Assembly (NCBI GenBank): GCA_900318605.1
Contig: ONLJ01000012.1
Location: 1 to 37,415 of the forward strand
Source: an uncultured Rhodospirillaceae bacterium
GTDB taxonomy: Bacteria; Pseudomonadota; Alphaproteobacteria; RF32; CAG-239
Length of the DNA stretch: 37,415 bases
Direction of reading: 5' to 3'
Part shown: positions 27,750 through 35,899 of the stretch, piece by piece
Layout of the letters: the number at the start of each line of letters is the position of its first letter
How positions within the stretch are numbered: the first letter of the stretch is position 1
The notes under the pieces: generated by a model
The model's input: the letters and a program-made list of their open reading frames with translations, nothing else
The model's database searches: none
What the model was told of the DNA's origin: nothing
Position numbers and translations under genes: made by a program

Positions 27750-28736
27750 TTAAGGCAAAGGAACGGCTTTTAAAAGACGGGCGATGACACTGTCGGTGTT
27801 CAAACCCTCAGCCTGTGCCTCAAAGCTTAGAATTATGCGGTGTCTTAGAATATCATAAACCACGGCGTGAATATCTTCCGGCAACACAAAATCCCGGTTT
27901 TCAAGCCAAGCGTTAATTCTGGCGCATTTATCTAAAGCAATCGTGGCACGCGGGCTGGCACCATAAGCAACGGCATTTTTCAGTTCAATATCATATTTTT
28001 CCGGATGCCGAGTTGCCATAATCAGCTGCACCAGATATTCCTCCAGTGATTCGCTGCAGTGAATTTGTTGAGCTTCTTTACGAGCATCAAAAACATCATC
28101 AGCGGTAATAATACCGTTTTTCTCTTTGAATGTCGCTAAATCGCGCTTTTCGCCCTCATTATTATCTTCATCGCGCACCAATTTTAGGATACTGTGTTCG
28201 GTTGCTCCGTTCGGTTGGTCGATTTTAACATACATCAAAAAACGGTCAAGTTGTGCTTCCGGCAGATTATATGTTCCTTCATGCTCAATCGGGTTTTGGG
28301 TTGCCATAACCATAAACAGCGGCGGTAATTTATATTGCTTTCCGCCTACGCTTATTTGATGTTCCGCCATGGCTTCCAAAAGAGCCGATTGCACCTTTGC
28401 CGGCGCACGGTTAATTTCATCGGCTAAAACAAGGTTGGCGAAAATCGGACCGGCGCGAAACTCAAAATCGCCCTTTTGTGCCACAAAAATATCGCTTCCG
28501 GTAATATCGGACGGCAACAAATCAGGTGTAAACTGGATTCGATTAAAGCTTGCATCAACACACTTTGCCAAAGTTTTGATAGCCTTTGTTTTAGCCAATC
28601 CCGGCGCACCTTCCACCAAGATATGACCATCAGCCAAAAGGGTAATAATCAACTTTTTAACTAAATCTTCCTGCCCCAAAATACGGCTTTCCAGATAATT
28701 TTTTAATCCGATAATTTTTTGTTTTGCCTGAACCAT
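27750..28736 (-). CDS. MoxR-family AAA+ ATPase
   Basis: GHILVEGAPGLAKT, RIQFTPDLLPSD, LADEINRAPAKVQSALLE, ATQNPIE, LPEAQLDRF; start 28736 (RBS GGAG) or 28757. Confidence 0.96.
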   Translation of the reverse strand: MVQAKQKIIGLKNYLESRILGQEDLVKKLIITLLADGHILVEGAPGLAKTKAIKTLAKCVDASFNRIQFTPDLLPSDITGSDIFVAQKGDFEFRAGPIFANLVLADEINRAPAKVQSALLEAMAEHQISVGGKQYKLPPLFMVMATQNPIEHEGTYNLPEAQLDRFLMYVKIDQPNGATEHSILKLVRDEDNNEGEKRDLATFKEKNGIITADDVFDARKEAQQIHCSESLEEYLVQLIMATRHPEKYDIELKNAVAYGASPRATIALDKCARINAWLENRDFVLPEDIHAVVYDILRHRIILSFEAQAEGLNTDSVIARLLKAVPLP

Positions 28737-28854
28737 TTTTATATCTCCGAAACCCATTTAAAAATCTGCCGACAACGGCAAAAAAACACTTTTCTTTGCC
28801 GACATAATACTATATATAGTTTTTAAAAATGTTTAATACAAGAAGATTTATCAA

Positions 28855-31146
28855 ATGGACAGTAATTTTGATTTAGACGATAATAACTGCGCACCGCAGA
28901 TATATGATAATATCAGCGCTTTAAGACCGCAAGTATCTTTTGCGTGGCTTGATGAGCTGAATCCTGAGCAAAAGCAGGCGGTTGAAAACACTCAAGGTCC
29001 GCTTCTTGTACTATCGGGCGCTGGGACCGGAAAAACCAAAGTATTGACCACCCGTCTTGCCTATATTATCAATAAAAATCTGGCAAACCCGTGGAATTGT
29101 CTGGTAGTAACGTTTACTAATCGTGCCGCCAAAGAAATGCGCGAACGAGTGCAAAACTTAATCGGCGATATAGTATCATCGGTTTGGCTCGGAACATTTC
29201 ACAGTGTATGTGTAAAAATTTTGCGCCGCCATTCAGAAATTGTCGGATTAAAGCCGAACTTTACAATTTTAGGCGAAGACGACCAAAAACGCGTGATTAA
29301 GCAGATTCTCGAGGAGTTTGGGATTGACGATAAAAAATATCCGCCGCAAAGCTTAGTTGACAGCATTTCTCGGCTTAAAGACAAGGGTTTAACGGTTGAT
29401 AAAGCGGCTCAGCAATACCGCCAAAGCACGTTATTACAGGTCTATCAAAAATATCAGGCACGCCTTTTGGAGCTTAATGCCGTTGATTTCGGCGACATAT
29501 TGCTTTATACTCTGATTATTCTTTCCACCGACAAAGAAATCTTGGAAAAATATCAGGAACAGTTCAAATACATAATGGTTGATGAGTATCAAGACACCAA
29601 CGTTACGCAATATTTATTTTTGCGCCTATTATCGCAGAAATACCGCAATCTTTGTTGTGTGGGAGATGATGACCAATCGATTTATTCATGGCGCGGTGCG
29701 GAAATCGAAAACATTATGCGCTTTCAAAAGGATTTTGAAGATGCCAAAATCATTCGCCTTGAGCGCAATTATCGTTCGACCGCCAATATTTTGAACGCCG
29801 CTTCGAGTCTGATTTCTCATAATACCACCCGTTTGGGAAAAACTTTGCATGTAGCGGAAAATTCGCCGGCTTTAAATAGTGAAAACGAGAAAATCAAACT
29901 GGTTTCATTATACAACGGCAAGGAAGAAGCTTCGTGGATAACGCAGGAAATTGAGCGCTTACACCGAAACGGAAAAAGCTATTCCGAGATGGCGGTTTTA
30001 GTGCGCACGGCAGCGCAAACTCGTGAGTTCGAAGAAAAATTTATCAACGAAGCAGTGCCATATCAGGTCATCGGCGGTCCGAAATTCTATGAGCGTGCCG
30101 AAATCCGTGATGCGCTGGCATATTTGCGGGTTGTTTTACAATCAGGCGATGATTTGGCATTGGAGCGTATCATCAACAAACCGGCACGAGGAGTAGGAAC
30201 AAAAACAATTGATAAAATCCGTGAACTTGCCCGTCAGAAACAAACATCGATGTTTGAAGCGGTTAAAATCATGATAGCCGAAGATCTATTGAGCGGAAAA
30301 ATCAAAAATTCTCTTTCTGAACTGATGAATAATTTTGCCGAGTGGCGCCGCAATTTGAACGCTTTGTCGCCGAATGATTTAATGCGACAGATTATGGATG
30401 ATTCCGGCTACTGGGAAATGCTTAAAAATGACAAGTCACCTGAATCACAAGGCCGGATGGAGAATATTCGCGAACTTATCGGCGTAATGGGCGATACGCA
30501 AAATTATCCAAGCGCCGCTGAATTTATGGAACACGTCAGTCTGGTAATGGAAAATGACAGCGCTTTGGATAGGAACAAAGTCATGCTGATGACCATGCAC
30601 TCGGCTAAAGGTTTGGAGTTTGATACAGTATTTTCCGCCGGTTGGGAAGAGGGAATTTTCCCGCATGAACGGAGTTTAAATGAAAACGGATCTGCAGCCT
30701 TGGAAGAAGAACGCCGGCTTGCTTATGTTACGATTACCCGCGCCAAGAGAGGACTTTATATTACACTGGCAAATCAGCGTATGCTTTTCGGGCAAATACA
30801 AAGCAATGAACCGTCTAGGTTTTTAAATGAGATTCCGACTTCTTGTTTAAATATCAGAAATTTATCGGCCGGAAGTTACAGCACCGGAAGTTATAGCGGT
30901 TACAAAAAACCGAGCGCCACACAACATCAAAAAAATTCCTATTATTCAGCCAAACCGACTTACAGCCGCGATTATGACTATGCGCAAGATGATTATGATG
31001 ACGGCAATAGCTATGTCGGCGTGCGTGTATATCATCAAAATTTCGGTTACGGTCGGATTTTAGAGGTTGACGGCAACTGTTGCAAAGTTCTTTTTGAAAA
31101 TGCCGGCATCAAAAAAATCATGGGCAACTATCTGCGCCGCGCCTAA
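28855..31146 (+). CDS. uvrD: UvrD/PcrA SF1 DNA helicase
   Basis: GAGTGKT, VTFTNRAA, VDEYQD, VGDDDQSIY, LERNYRS, TMHSAKGLEF, EEERRLAYV; C-terminal V.HQNFGYG domain. Confidence 0.96.
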   Translation: MDSNFDLDDNNCAPQIYDNISALRPQVSFAWLDELNPEQKQAVENTQGPLLVLSGAGTGKTKVLTTRLAYIINKNLANPWNCLVVTFTNRAAKEMRERVQNLIGDIVSSVWLGTFHSVCVKILRRHSEIVGLKPNFTILGEDDQKRVIKQILEEFGIDDKKYPPQSLVDSISRLKDKGLTVDKAAQQYRQSTLLQVYQKYQARLLELNAVDFGDILLYTLIILSTDKEILEKYQEQFKYIMVDEYQDTNVTQYLFLRLLSQKYRNLCCVGDDDQSIYSWRGAEIENIMRFQKDFEDAKIIRLERNYRSTANILNAASSLISHNTTRLGKTLHVAENSPALNSENEKIKLVSLYNGKEEASWITQEIERLHRNGKSYSEMAVLVRTAAQTREFEEKFINEAVPYQVIGGPKFYERAEIRDALAYLRVVLQSGDDLALERIINKPARGVGTKTIDKIRELARQKQTSMFEAVKIMIAEDLLSGKIKNSLSELMNNFAEWRRNLNALSPNDLMRQIMDDSGYWEMLKNDKSPESQGRMENIRELIGVMGDTQNYPSAAEFMEHVSLVMENDSALDRNKVMLMTMHSAKGLEFDTVFSAGWEEGIFPHERSLNENGSAALEEERRLAYVTITRAKRGLYITLANQRMLFGQIQSNEPSRFLNEIPTSCLNIRNLSAGSYSTGSYSGYKKPSATQHQKNSYYSAKPTYSRDYDYAQDDYDDGNSYVGVRVYHQNFGYGRILEVDGNCCKVLFENAGIKKIMGNYLRRA

Positions 31147-31159
31147 AGCCGTCTTTTAA

Positions 31160-31188
31160 TTGACTTATTTCCGATTATATGCTATAAT
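31160..31188 (+). promoter_or_regulatory. Near-consensus sigma70 promoter (extended -10) of glgX
   Basis: TTGACT - 17 bp (ending TGC) - TATAAT. Confidence 0.75.
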
Positions 31189-31228
31189 ATGCCCGAATTT
31201 TTGAGCTTAAGCGAACAAGGAGCAAAAA

Positions 31229-33322
31229 ATGGCAAAAGAATTAAAGCTCGGCGTAACCAAGCAAGGCAACAAAACGAATTTTTCGGTATTTTCGGAACAC
31301 GCTGAAAATATTGAATTATGCCTGTTTTCCGACGATGAAAAAACCGAAAAACGGGTTCCTCTTAAAAAAGGAGAAGACAATGTTTGGTCTGTTTCTCTGG
31401 ATAACATCAGGGAAGGTCAGAAATACGGTTACCGCGCGCATGGCGAACTCAACCCGCAAAAAGGTCTTTATTTTAATCCGCACAAGCTTCTGATTGATCC
31501 TTATGCCAAAGATTTATCTTCCACTTTCACCGCGCACGAAGATCCGGCCATTCGTTTAGACAACGACATTGACAGCGCTTTTGCCATACCGAAATCGGTG
31601 GTAGTGTTTGATAATTCCGAGGAAGATGAAAAAAACTATCCTTATTTGCATAAAAAACCGCATACAGAGTGGAAAAATACAATCATTTACGAGGCAAATG
31701 TCAAAGGCTTTTCGGCTCAACATCCTGATTTGCCCGAAAAAGTCAGAGGAAAATTTTTGGCTTTTGCCGAGCCGGAGGTTATTCAATATTTAAAATCTCT
31801 CGGTGTAACTCAGCTTGAACTGATGCCGGTAACAACCACCTGCGGCGGTTTGCAGCTTGAAAAAGCCAAGGGTTTGAGCGACTATTGGGGCTATAATCCG
31901 ATTAACCATTTTGCTTTTGACAAGCGTTACGGCACGCGTGAAGACTTCAAAAAGATGGTCAACGAGTTGCACAAAGCCGGCATTGAAGTAACGCTTGACG
32001 TGGTGTATAATCACACCGGCGAATACGGTGCCGAGCATAACCTCTTGTCATATAAAGGTTTGGACGCTCCTCAATATTATCGCATGACCGAAAACGGACA
32101 ATTCATTGATACCACTGGTTGCAAAAACAGCATCAACACCAATACTCCGGTAACCCGCCGGTTATTGGAAGATTCTTTAACATATTTCACTAAGGATTTA
32201 GGCGTTGACGGTTTCCGTTTTGATTTAGCCGGCGATTGTGCTTTGAACGGAGATAATCGTTTTGATGAGGACGGACAATTCTTAAAAATCATCCGCGACA
32301 TATCGGAAAAATATTCTGCCAAAGTCAGCGGTGAACCTTGGAGTGCTTTAGGCGGATATTATCGCGGCAACATGAAAGGCATGATGGAGTGGAATGACAA
32401 GCACGAAGCGGCAATCCGCAGTTTTTATCGTGGCGATGAATGGATTGTGCCGGAGCTGGCGGGACATATATCCGGCGGCGAAGGTTTATGGTACGGGCAA
32501 AATCAGTCAAAGTATATCCGCTATGTTGCCGCACATGACGGTTTTACCGCTTTTGACGTAGTCAGCTACAACGAGAAAAACAACTGGGCGAACAACGAGA
32601 ACAACAACGACGGCAATAACAACAATCACTCTTCGGCCTCTCCCAACAAAGAAATAGCCTTCCGCCGCTTAAAATCTATGTTGTCGGCGAACATTTTATC
32701 GCGCGGCGTACCGATGATTTGCGCCGGCGATGAGTTGGCTCGCACTCAGCAAGGCAACAACAACGCCTATTGTCAGGACAACGAGCTGACATGGCTGAAG
32801 TGGAAAAACTTTTCCAAAGAACAGCAGGAGTTATATATTCACATTCGCAAGCTCACGGCCTTACGTGCCGAGCATCCGAGTTTTGCCAACTTAGATGTTT
32901 TTTCGGGCGAGAAAGTACCGTCGAACGGCAGAAAAGATATCGAGTGGATTCGTCCCGACGGTCAGGAAATGCAGGAATCCGATTGGCACAATCAATACAA
33001 TCACATTTTGGCTTGTGTGATTAACGGCAAGGGCAGTGAGGTTTCCAAAAACCCGAAAACCAAGAAAACAACCGACGATGATTTTATGGTTTTGATGTGC
33101 GGAAACACTTACGGTGTGGTTGATTTCAAGCTTCCGACTTCTCCGAACGGCCAAAAATGGGAACTTGTTTTTGACACGGCGGGAAAGAACAAGAAAATCA
33201 ATGACAACGGAACATATTCTCTTGAGCCGTACAGTTATGTTCTGCTCAAATCTCCGAAAAAGGAAAAACAAAATACGCGCAATTTGAATTTAGCGAAAGC
33301 AAAAAGAGAGAAAGTGCATTAA
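31229..33322 (+). CDS. glgX: Glycogen debranching enzyme / isoamylase (CBM48 + GH13)
   Basis: KLLIDPYA, YWGYNP, LDVVYNHT, catalytic GVDGFRFDLA / GEPW / AHDGFT, RTQQGNNNAYCQDNE. Confidence 0.95.
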   Translation: MAKELKLGVTKQGNKTNFSVFSEHAENIELCLFSDDEKTEKRVPLKKGEDNVWSVSLDNIREGQKYGYRAHGELNPQKGLYFNPHKLLIDPYAKDLSSTFTAHEDPAIRLDNDIDSAFAIPKSVVVFDNSEEDEKNYPYLHKKPHTEWKNTIIYEANVKGFSAQHPDLPEKVRGKFLAFAEPEVIQYLKSLGVTQLELMPVTTTCGGLQLEKAKGLSDYWGYNPINHFAFDKRYGTREDFKKMVNELHKAGIEVTLDVVYNHTGEYGAEHNLLSYKGLDAPQYYRMTENGQFIDTTGCKNSINTNTPVTRRLLEDSLTYFTKDLGVDGFRFDLAGDCALNGDNRFDEDGQFLKIIRDISEKYSAKVSGEPWSALGGYYRGNMKGMMEWNDKHEAAIRSFYRGDEWIVPELAGHISGGEGLWYGQNQSKYIRYVAAHDGFTAFDVVSYNEKNNWANNENNNDGNNNNHSSASPNKEIAFRRLKSMLSANILSRGVPMICAGDELARTQQGNNNAYCQDNELTWLKWKNFSKEQQELYIHIRKLTALRAEHPSFANLDVFSGEKVPSNGRKDIEWIRPDGQEMQESDWHNQYNHILACVINGKGSEVSKNPKTKKTTDDDFMVLMCGNTYGVVDFKLPTSPNGQKWELVFDTAGKNKKINDNGTYSLEPYSYVLLKSPKKEKQNTRNLNLAKAKREKVH

Positions 33323-33356
33323 AAGGGCATAATTATAAAACCGCACAAATAAACAG

Positions 33357-33385
33357 TTGACAGCGATAAAAAAAATCATTATACA
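33357..33385 (+). promoter_or_regulatory. Putative tRNA promoter
   Basis: TTGACA - 17 bp - TATACA, about 15 nt upstream of the tRNA. Confidence 0.55.
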
Positions 33386-33399
33386 TCTGTTTGTAAAAT

Positions 33400-33486
33400 G
33401 CTCTGGTGGCGGAATTGGTAGACGCGCATGCTTCAGGTGCATGTTGGAGAACTCCAGTGGAGGTTCAAGTCCTCTTCAGAGCACCA
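33400..33486 (+). tRNA. tRNA-Leu (CAG)
   Basis: Acceptor GCTCTGG/TCAGAGC + ACCA, D-loop GGAATTGGTAGAC, anticodon arm CATGC-TTCAGGT-GCATG, long variable arm, T-loop GTTCAAG. Confidence 0.97.
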
Positions 33487-33493
33487 TTAAAAC

Positions 33494-33518
33494 AAGTCCG
33501 AAAGTTCGGGCTTTTTTT
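33494..33518 (+). terminator. Intrinsic terminator after tRNA-Leu
   Basis: AAGTCCGAA-AG-TTCGGGCTT then T run. Confidence 0.8.
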
Positions 33519-33659
33519 ATACTTGAAAACAGAAAATCGATGATTACATAAATAAATAATTTCAACTCTCCTATTATTATAATAAAAACCCTAAAAATTC
33601 CCGATTCGCCAGATTTTGCAAATCGGAAATTTTTTATTTTAAACACTCAAATATTTTTG

Positions 33660-33688
33660 TTGAAATTTCGACAAAAGCATGATAAACT
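33660..33688 (+). promoter_or_regulatory. Putative sigma70 promoter of the HEXXH protein gene
   Basis: TTGAAA - 17 bp - TAAACT, upstream of RBS AAAGG and ATG 33717. Confidence 0.6.
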
Positions 33689-33716
33689 GCCCTTAAAGAT
33701 AAGAAAGGCAGAAACG

Positions 33717-35657
33717 ATGTCCACTCAAAAAGTAATGCTCTATACCAAGGATAATAAGATAATCGTAATCGATATTGACCTTACCGGTTATGATGAAACT
33801 CGCAAACGCCTTGAATTACAACGTATTCAGCACTATTTTTCCCAATATTTTTATAAAGATATTTGCCTTAATAAATTCAATAATCGTCATACCAAATCCG
33901 ATGAGGAGAAAAAGCTTCTTTCTCTCATGGACCCTGCGAACACTTCTTTTGTAAACAAGTATGTGCCGTCATTCAATTATGCCAAGAATCGCCACGCTTA
34001 TAAAAATTCGGTTAAACAGGATAATTTTCACGAGCCGAATGTTATGCACTTTGCATATGGCATAGATGATTCATCGGTACCGGAATTTGTTAAAAATCTC
34101 GGTTTTAATATTGTTCCGCAAGAATCCACGGAGGAGATTAACGTTGATGATCCGAACTTTGAAAAAGATTTTGATGAGCAAAAAACTCTGATGCAGGTCA
34201 ATGCTCAGAACAAGCAGATTACGATTTACCGCCATCATTACAAATTACCGCCGGCTGATTATGTCCGCCTGCGCCGTCTGATAACTTCCTACAACTCTCT
34301 TTCTCCGCGACCGGATGTTGAGGAATACGGGGCATTTATGGCTAACGACCGTGATCGCAAGCTTTTCAAAATTTATTCCAAAGAAACAAAGCTTAATCAG
34401 GGCAAGGAAACCTTTCTTCATCACGAGTTTCATCACATAAAGAATCGGATGATTTTCAGCGGCATCATGTGCAAGCCGGATGTCAAGCGTTTAACCGCCG
34501 AAGACGCATATCGCTTAGAGGTTGAAAACGAGCATAGCGCCTATTTATCACAAACGATAGAGTGTATCAATCGTTATTTAAAAGGCGGGGATTTCAACGA
34601 TTATTCGATGTTTGACAATTTTACCTCGGATTTACCTGAAAAGTTAAAGACCATGACCGATTCTCAGAAGCTGTCATATTTAACCGATATGGATAAGATT
34701 GTAAATTATGCGATTAACCGCTTTGAAGAAAACAAGCGCAAGCATTATGATAAAATTCAGTTTAAGGATTCGCTTCAAAGTTCTCTTTTATCACAACCGA
34801 TGGACGTACCTGAGGATTTAAGCGGCGAGCAATATCGGCTTATGCGCTCGGCATATTACAGTATATCGGTATATAATCCGGCAACCGGCAAGAACGAGAT
34901 TAGCAATCTTTCGAAGTTTATCAGACCCGAAGATGAGGTTAAGATTAGCACCGAAGAAATGCAGAAAATCATTGACCCGGCAAAAGAAAAGTTAAAGGAT
35001 AGGCTCAAAGAATTTGAAAAAGATTCTCAAGCTTCGGGCATTGATATAAGCCTTCTTGATGAAGCCCGCGCTTTTTACCGCAAGACATTACGCACCCCTC
35101 GGATAATCAGCGAGGCTCAAACCATCAACGTAGCTGATTTGGTTGACGGCAAACCTCAGATTGATGAGCACACCTCGCCGACCGCCTCCGTTCCGCCGAC
35201 ACCGGTACCGGACGACAAAGCCGATTGGAGCGACGATTTGCAAAAATACTGGAGCAAATTTGAGGGTTATAAAGAACAGGCCAAAAACAACGCTGAATAT
35301 CGTTTTGAAATTAACAAACAAGAGGTCCGATACACTTCCAAAACCGATGTATCATTAGGAAAAACCTGCGGTTATGAGATGTACGACCGCTTAGTCAAAG
35401 AGCCGTCGGGTGCGAACAAAGCGATTCGCTTTGAAAACACTTTATCGAAAGAGCAAGCACTTATGTTGTACGTTGCTTGTATCAACAACGGCCGTCGCAT
35501 GCGCGGAGCAATTCCGCATGATTTATCGGCGATTGATACCATGACATCTATTCCGCAAGCCGAGCGTGACAAGTTTAAGTCTTTAACGACACCGCCTTCG
35601 GCAAGTCGGGTAACCGCCTCCCCCCGCCCGCTGTCGCGTACCGCACATACCCGTTAA
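33717..35657 (+). CDS. Large hypothetical protein with HEXXH zinc-metallopeptidase motif
   Basis: TFLHHEFHHIKN with downstream ENEHSAY; Pro-rich linker and a separate C-terminal domain; no signal peptide; ATG 33717 preferred to TTG 33657. Confidence 0.75.
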   Translation: MSTQKVMLYTKDNKIIVIDIDLTGYDETRKRLELQRIQHYFSQYFYKDICLNKFNNRHTKSDEEKKLLSLMDPANTSFVNKYVPSFNYAKNRHAYKNSVKQDNFHEPNVMHFAYGIDDSSVPEFVKNLGFNIVPQESTEEINVDDPNFEKDFDEQKTLMQVNAQNKQITIYRHHYKLPPADYVRLRRLITSYNSLSPRPDVEEYGAFMANDRDRKLFKIYSKETKLNQGKETFLHHEFHHIKNRMIFSGIMCKPDVKRLTAEDAYRLEVENEHSAYLSQTIECINRYLKGGDFNDYSMFDNFTSDLPEKLKTMTDSQKLSYLTDMDKIVNYAINRFEENKRKHYDKIQFKDSLQSSLLSQPMDVPEDLSGEQYRLMRSAYYSISVYNPATGKNEISNLSKFIRPEDEVKISTEEMQKIIDPAKEKLKDRLKEFEKDSQASGIDISLLDEARAFYRKTLRTPRIISEAQTINVADLVDGKPQIDEHTSPTASVPPTPVPDDKADWSDDLQKYWSKFEGYKEQAKNNAEYRFEINKQEVRYTSKTDVSLGKTCGYEMYDRLVKEPSGANKAIRFENTLSKEQALMLYVACINNGRRMRGAIPHDLSAIDTMTSIPQAERDKFKSLTTPPSASRVTASPRPLSRTAHTR

Positions 35658-35668
35658 AAACATTTCTC

Positions 35669-35740
35669 CGTCATCTGCGAGGAGCGTTTCCCTTCTGTTC
35701 GTCATCACGAGGAGGTGCAACGCACCGACGTGCCAATCTC
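35669..35740 (+). repeat. GTCAT-tagged palindromic elements (one partial, one complete)
   Basis: CGTCATCTGCGAGGAGCG (35669-35686); GTCATCACGAGGAGGTGCAACGCACCGACGTGCCAATCTC (35701-35740). Confidence 0.82.
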
Positions 35741-35899
35741 CATTTCCAAGCACCACCAACGATAAAAACATCGGCCTCGATAAATGCTTTTTTAATTGCA
35801 TATTTAACAAAAAATGATTATACAATCATAAAAGCACTGATTTACGCTCCAGGGGCAAAAAATCGGCCTTAAATCAGATAAGGGAGTTTTCATCGCAAA

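Noticed and set aside
30869-31010. Short tandem repeat and Tyr/Ser/Asp-rich stretch near the uvrD 3' end
   Set aside because: Ordinary variable linker before the UvrD C-terminal domain.
32570-32630. AAC-rich run in glgX
   Set aside because: Encodes the conserved Asn-rich GlgX loop (YNEKxNxANxExNxDG), not a contingency repeat.
33357-33551. 64-aa ORF
   Set aside because: Overlaps tRNA-Leu and its promoter and terminator.
35583-35825. 80-aa minus-strand ORF
   Set aside because: Runs over palindromic repeats and the end of the plus-strand gene; likely spurious.
33486-35899. Integrative island at tRNA-Leu
   Set aside because: No integrase and no duplicated tRNA 3' end (att site) seen downstream.
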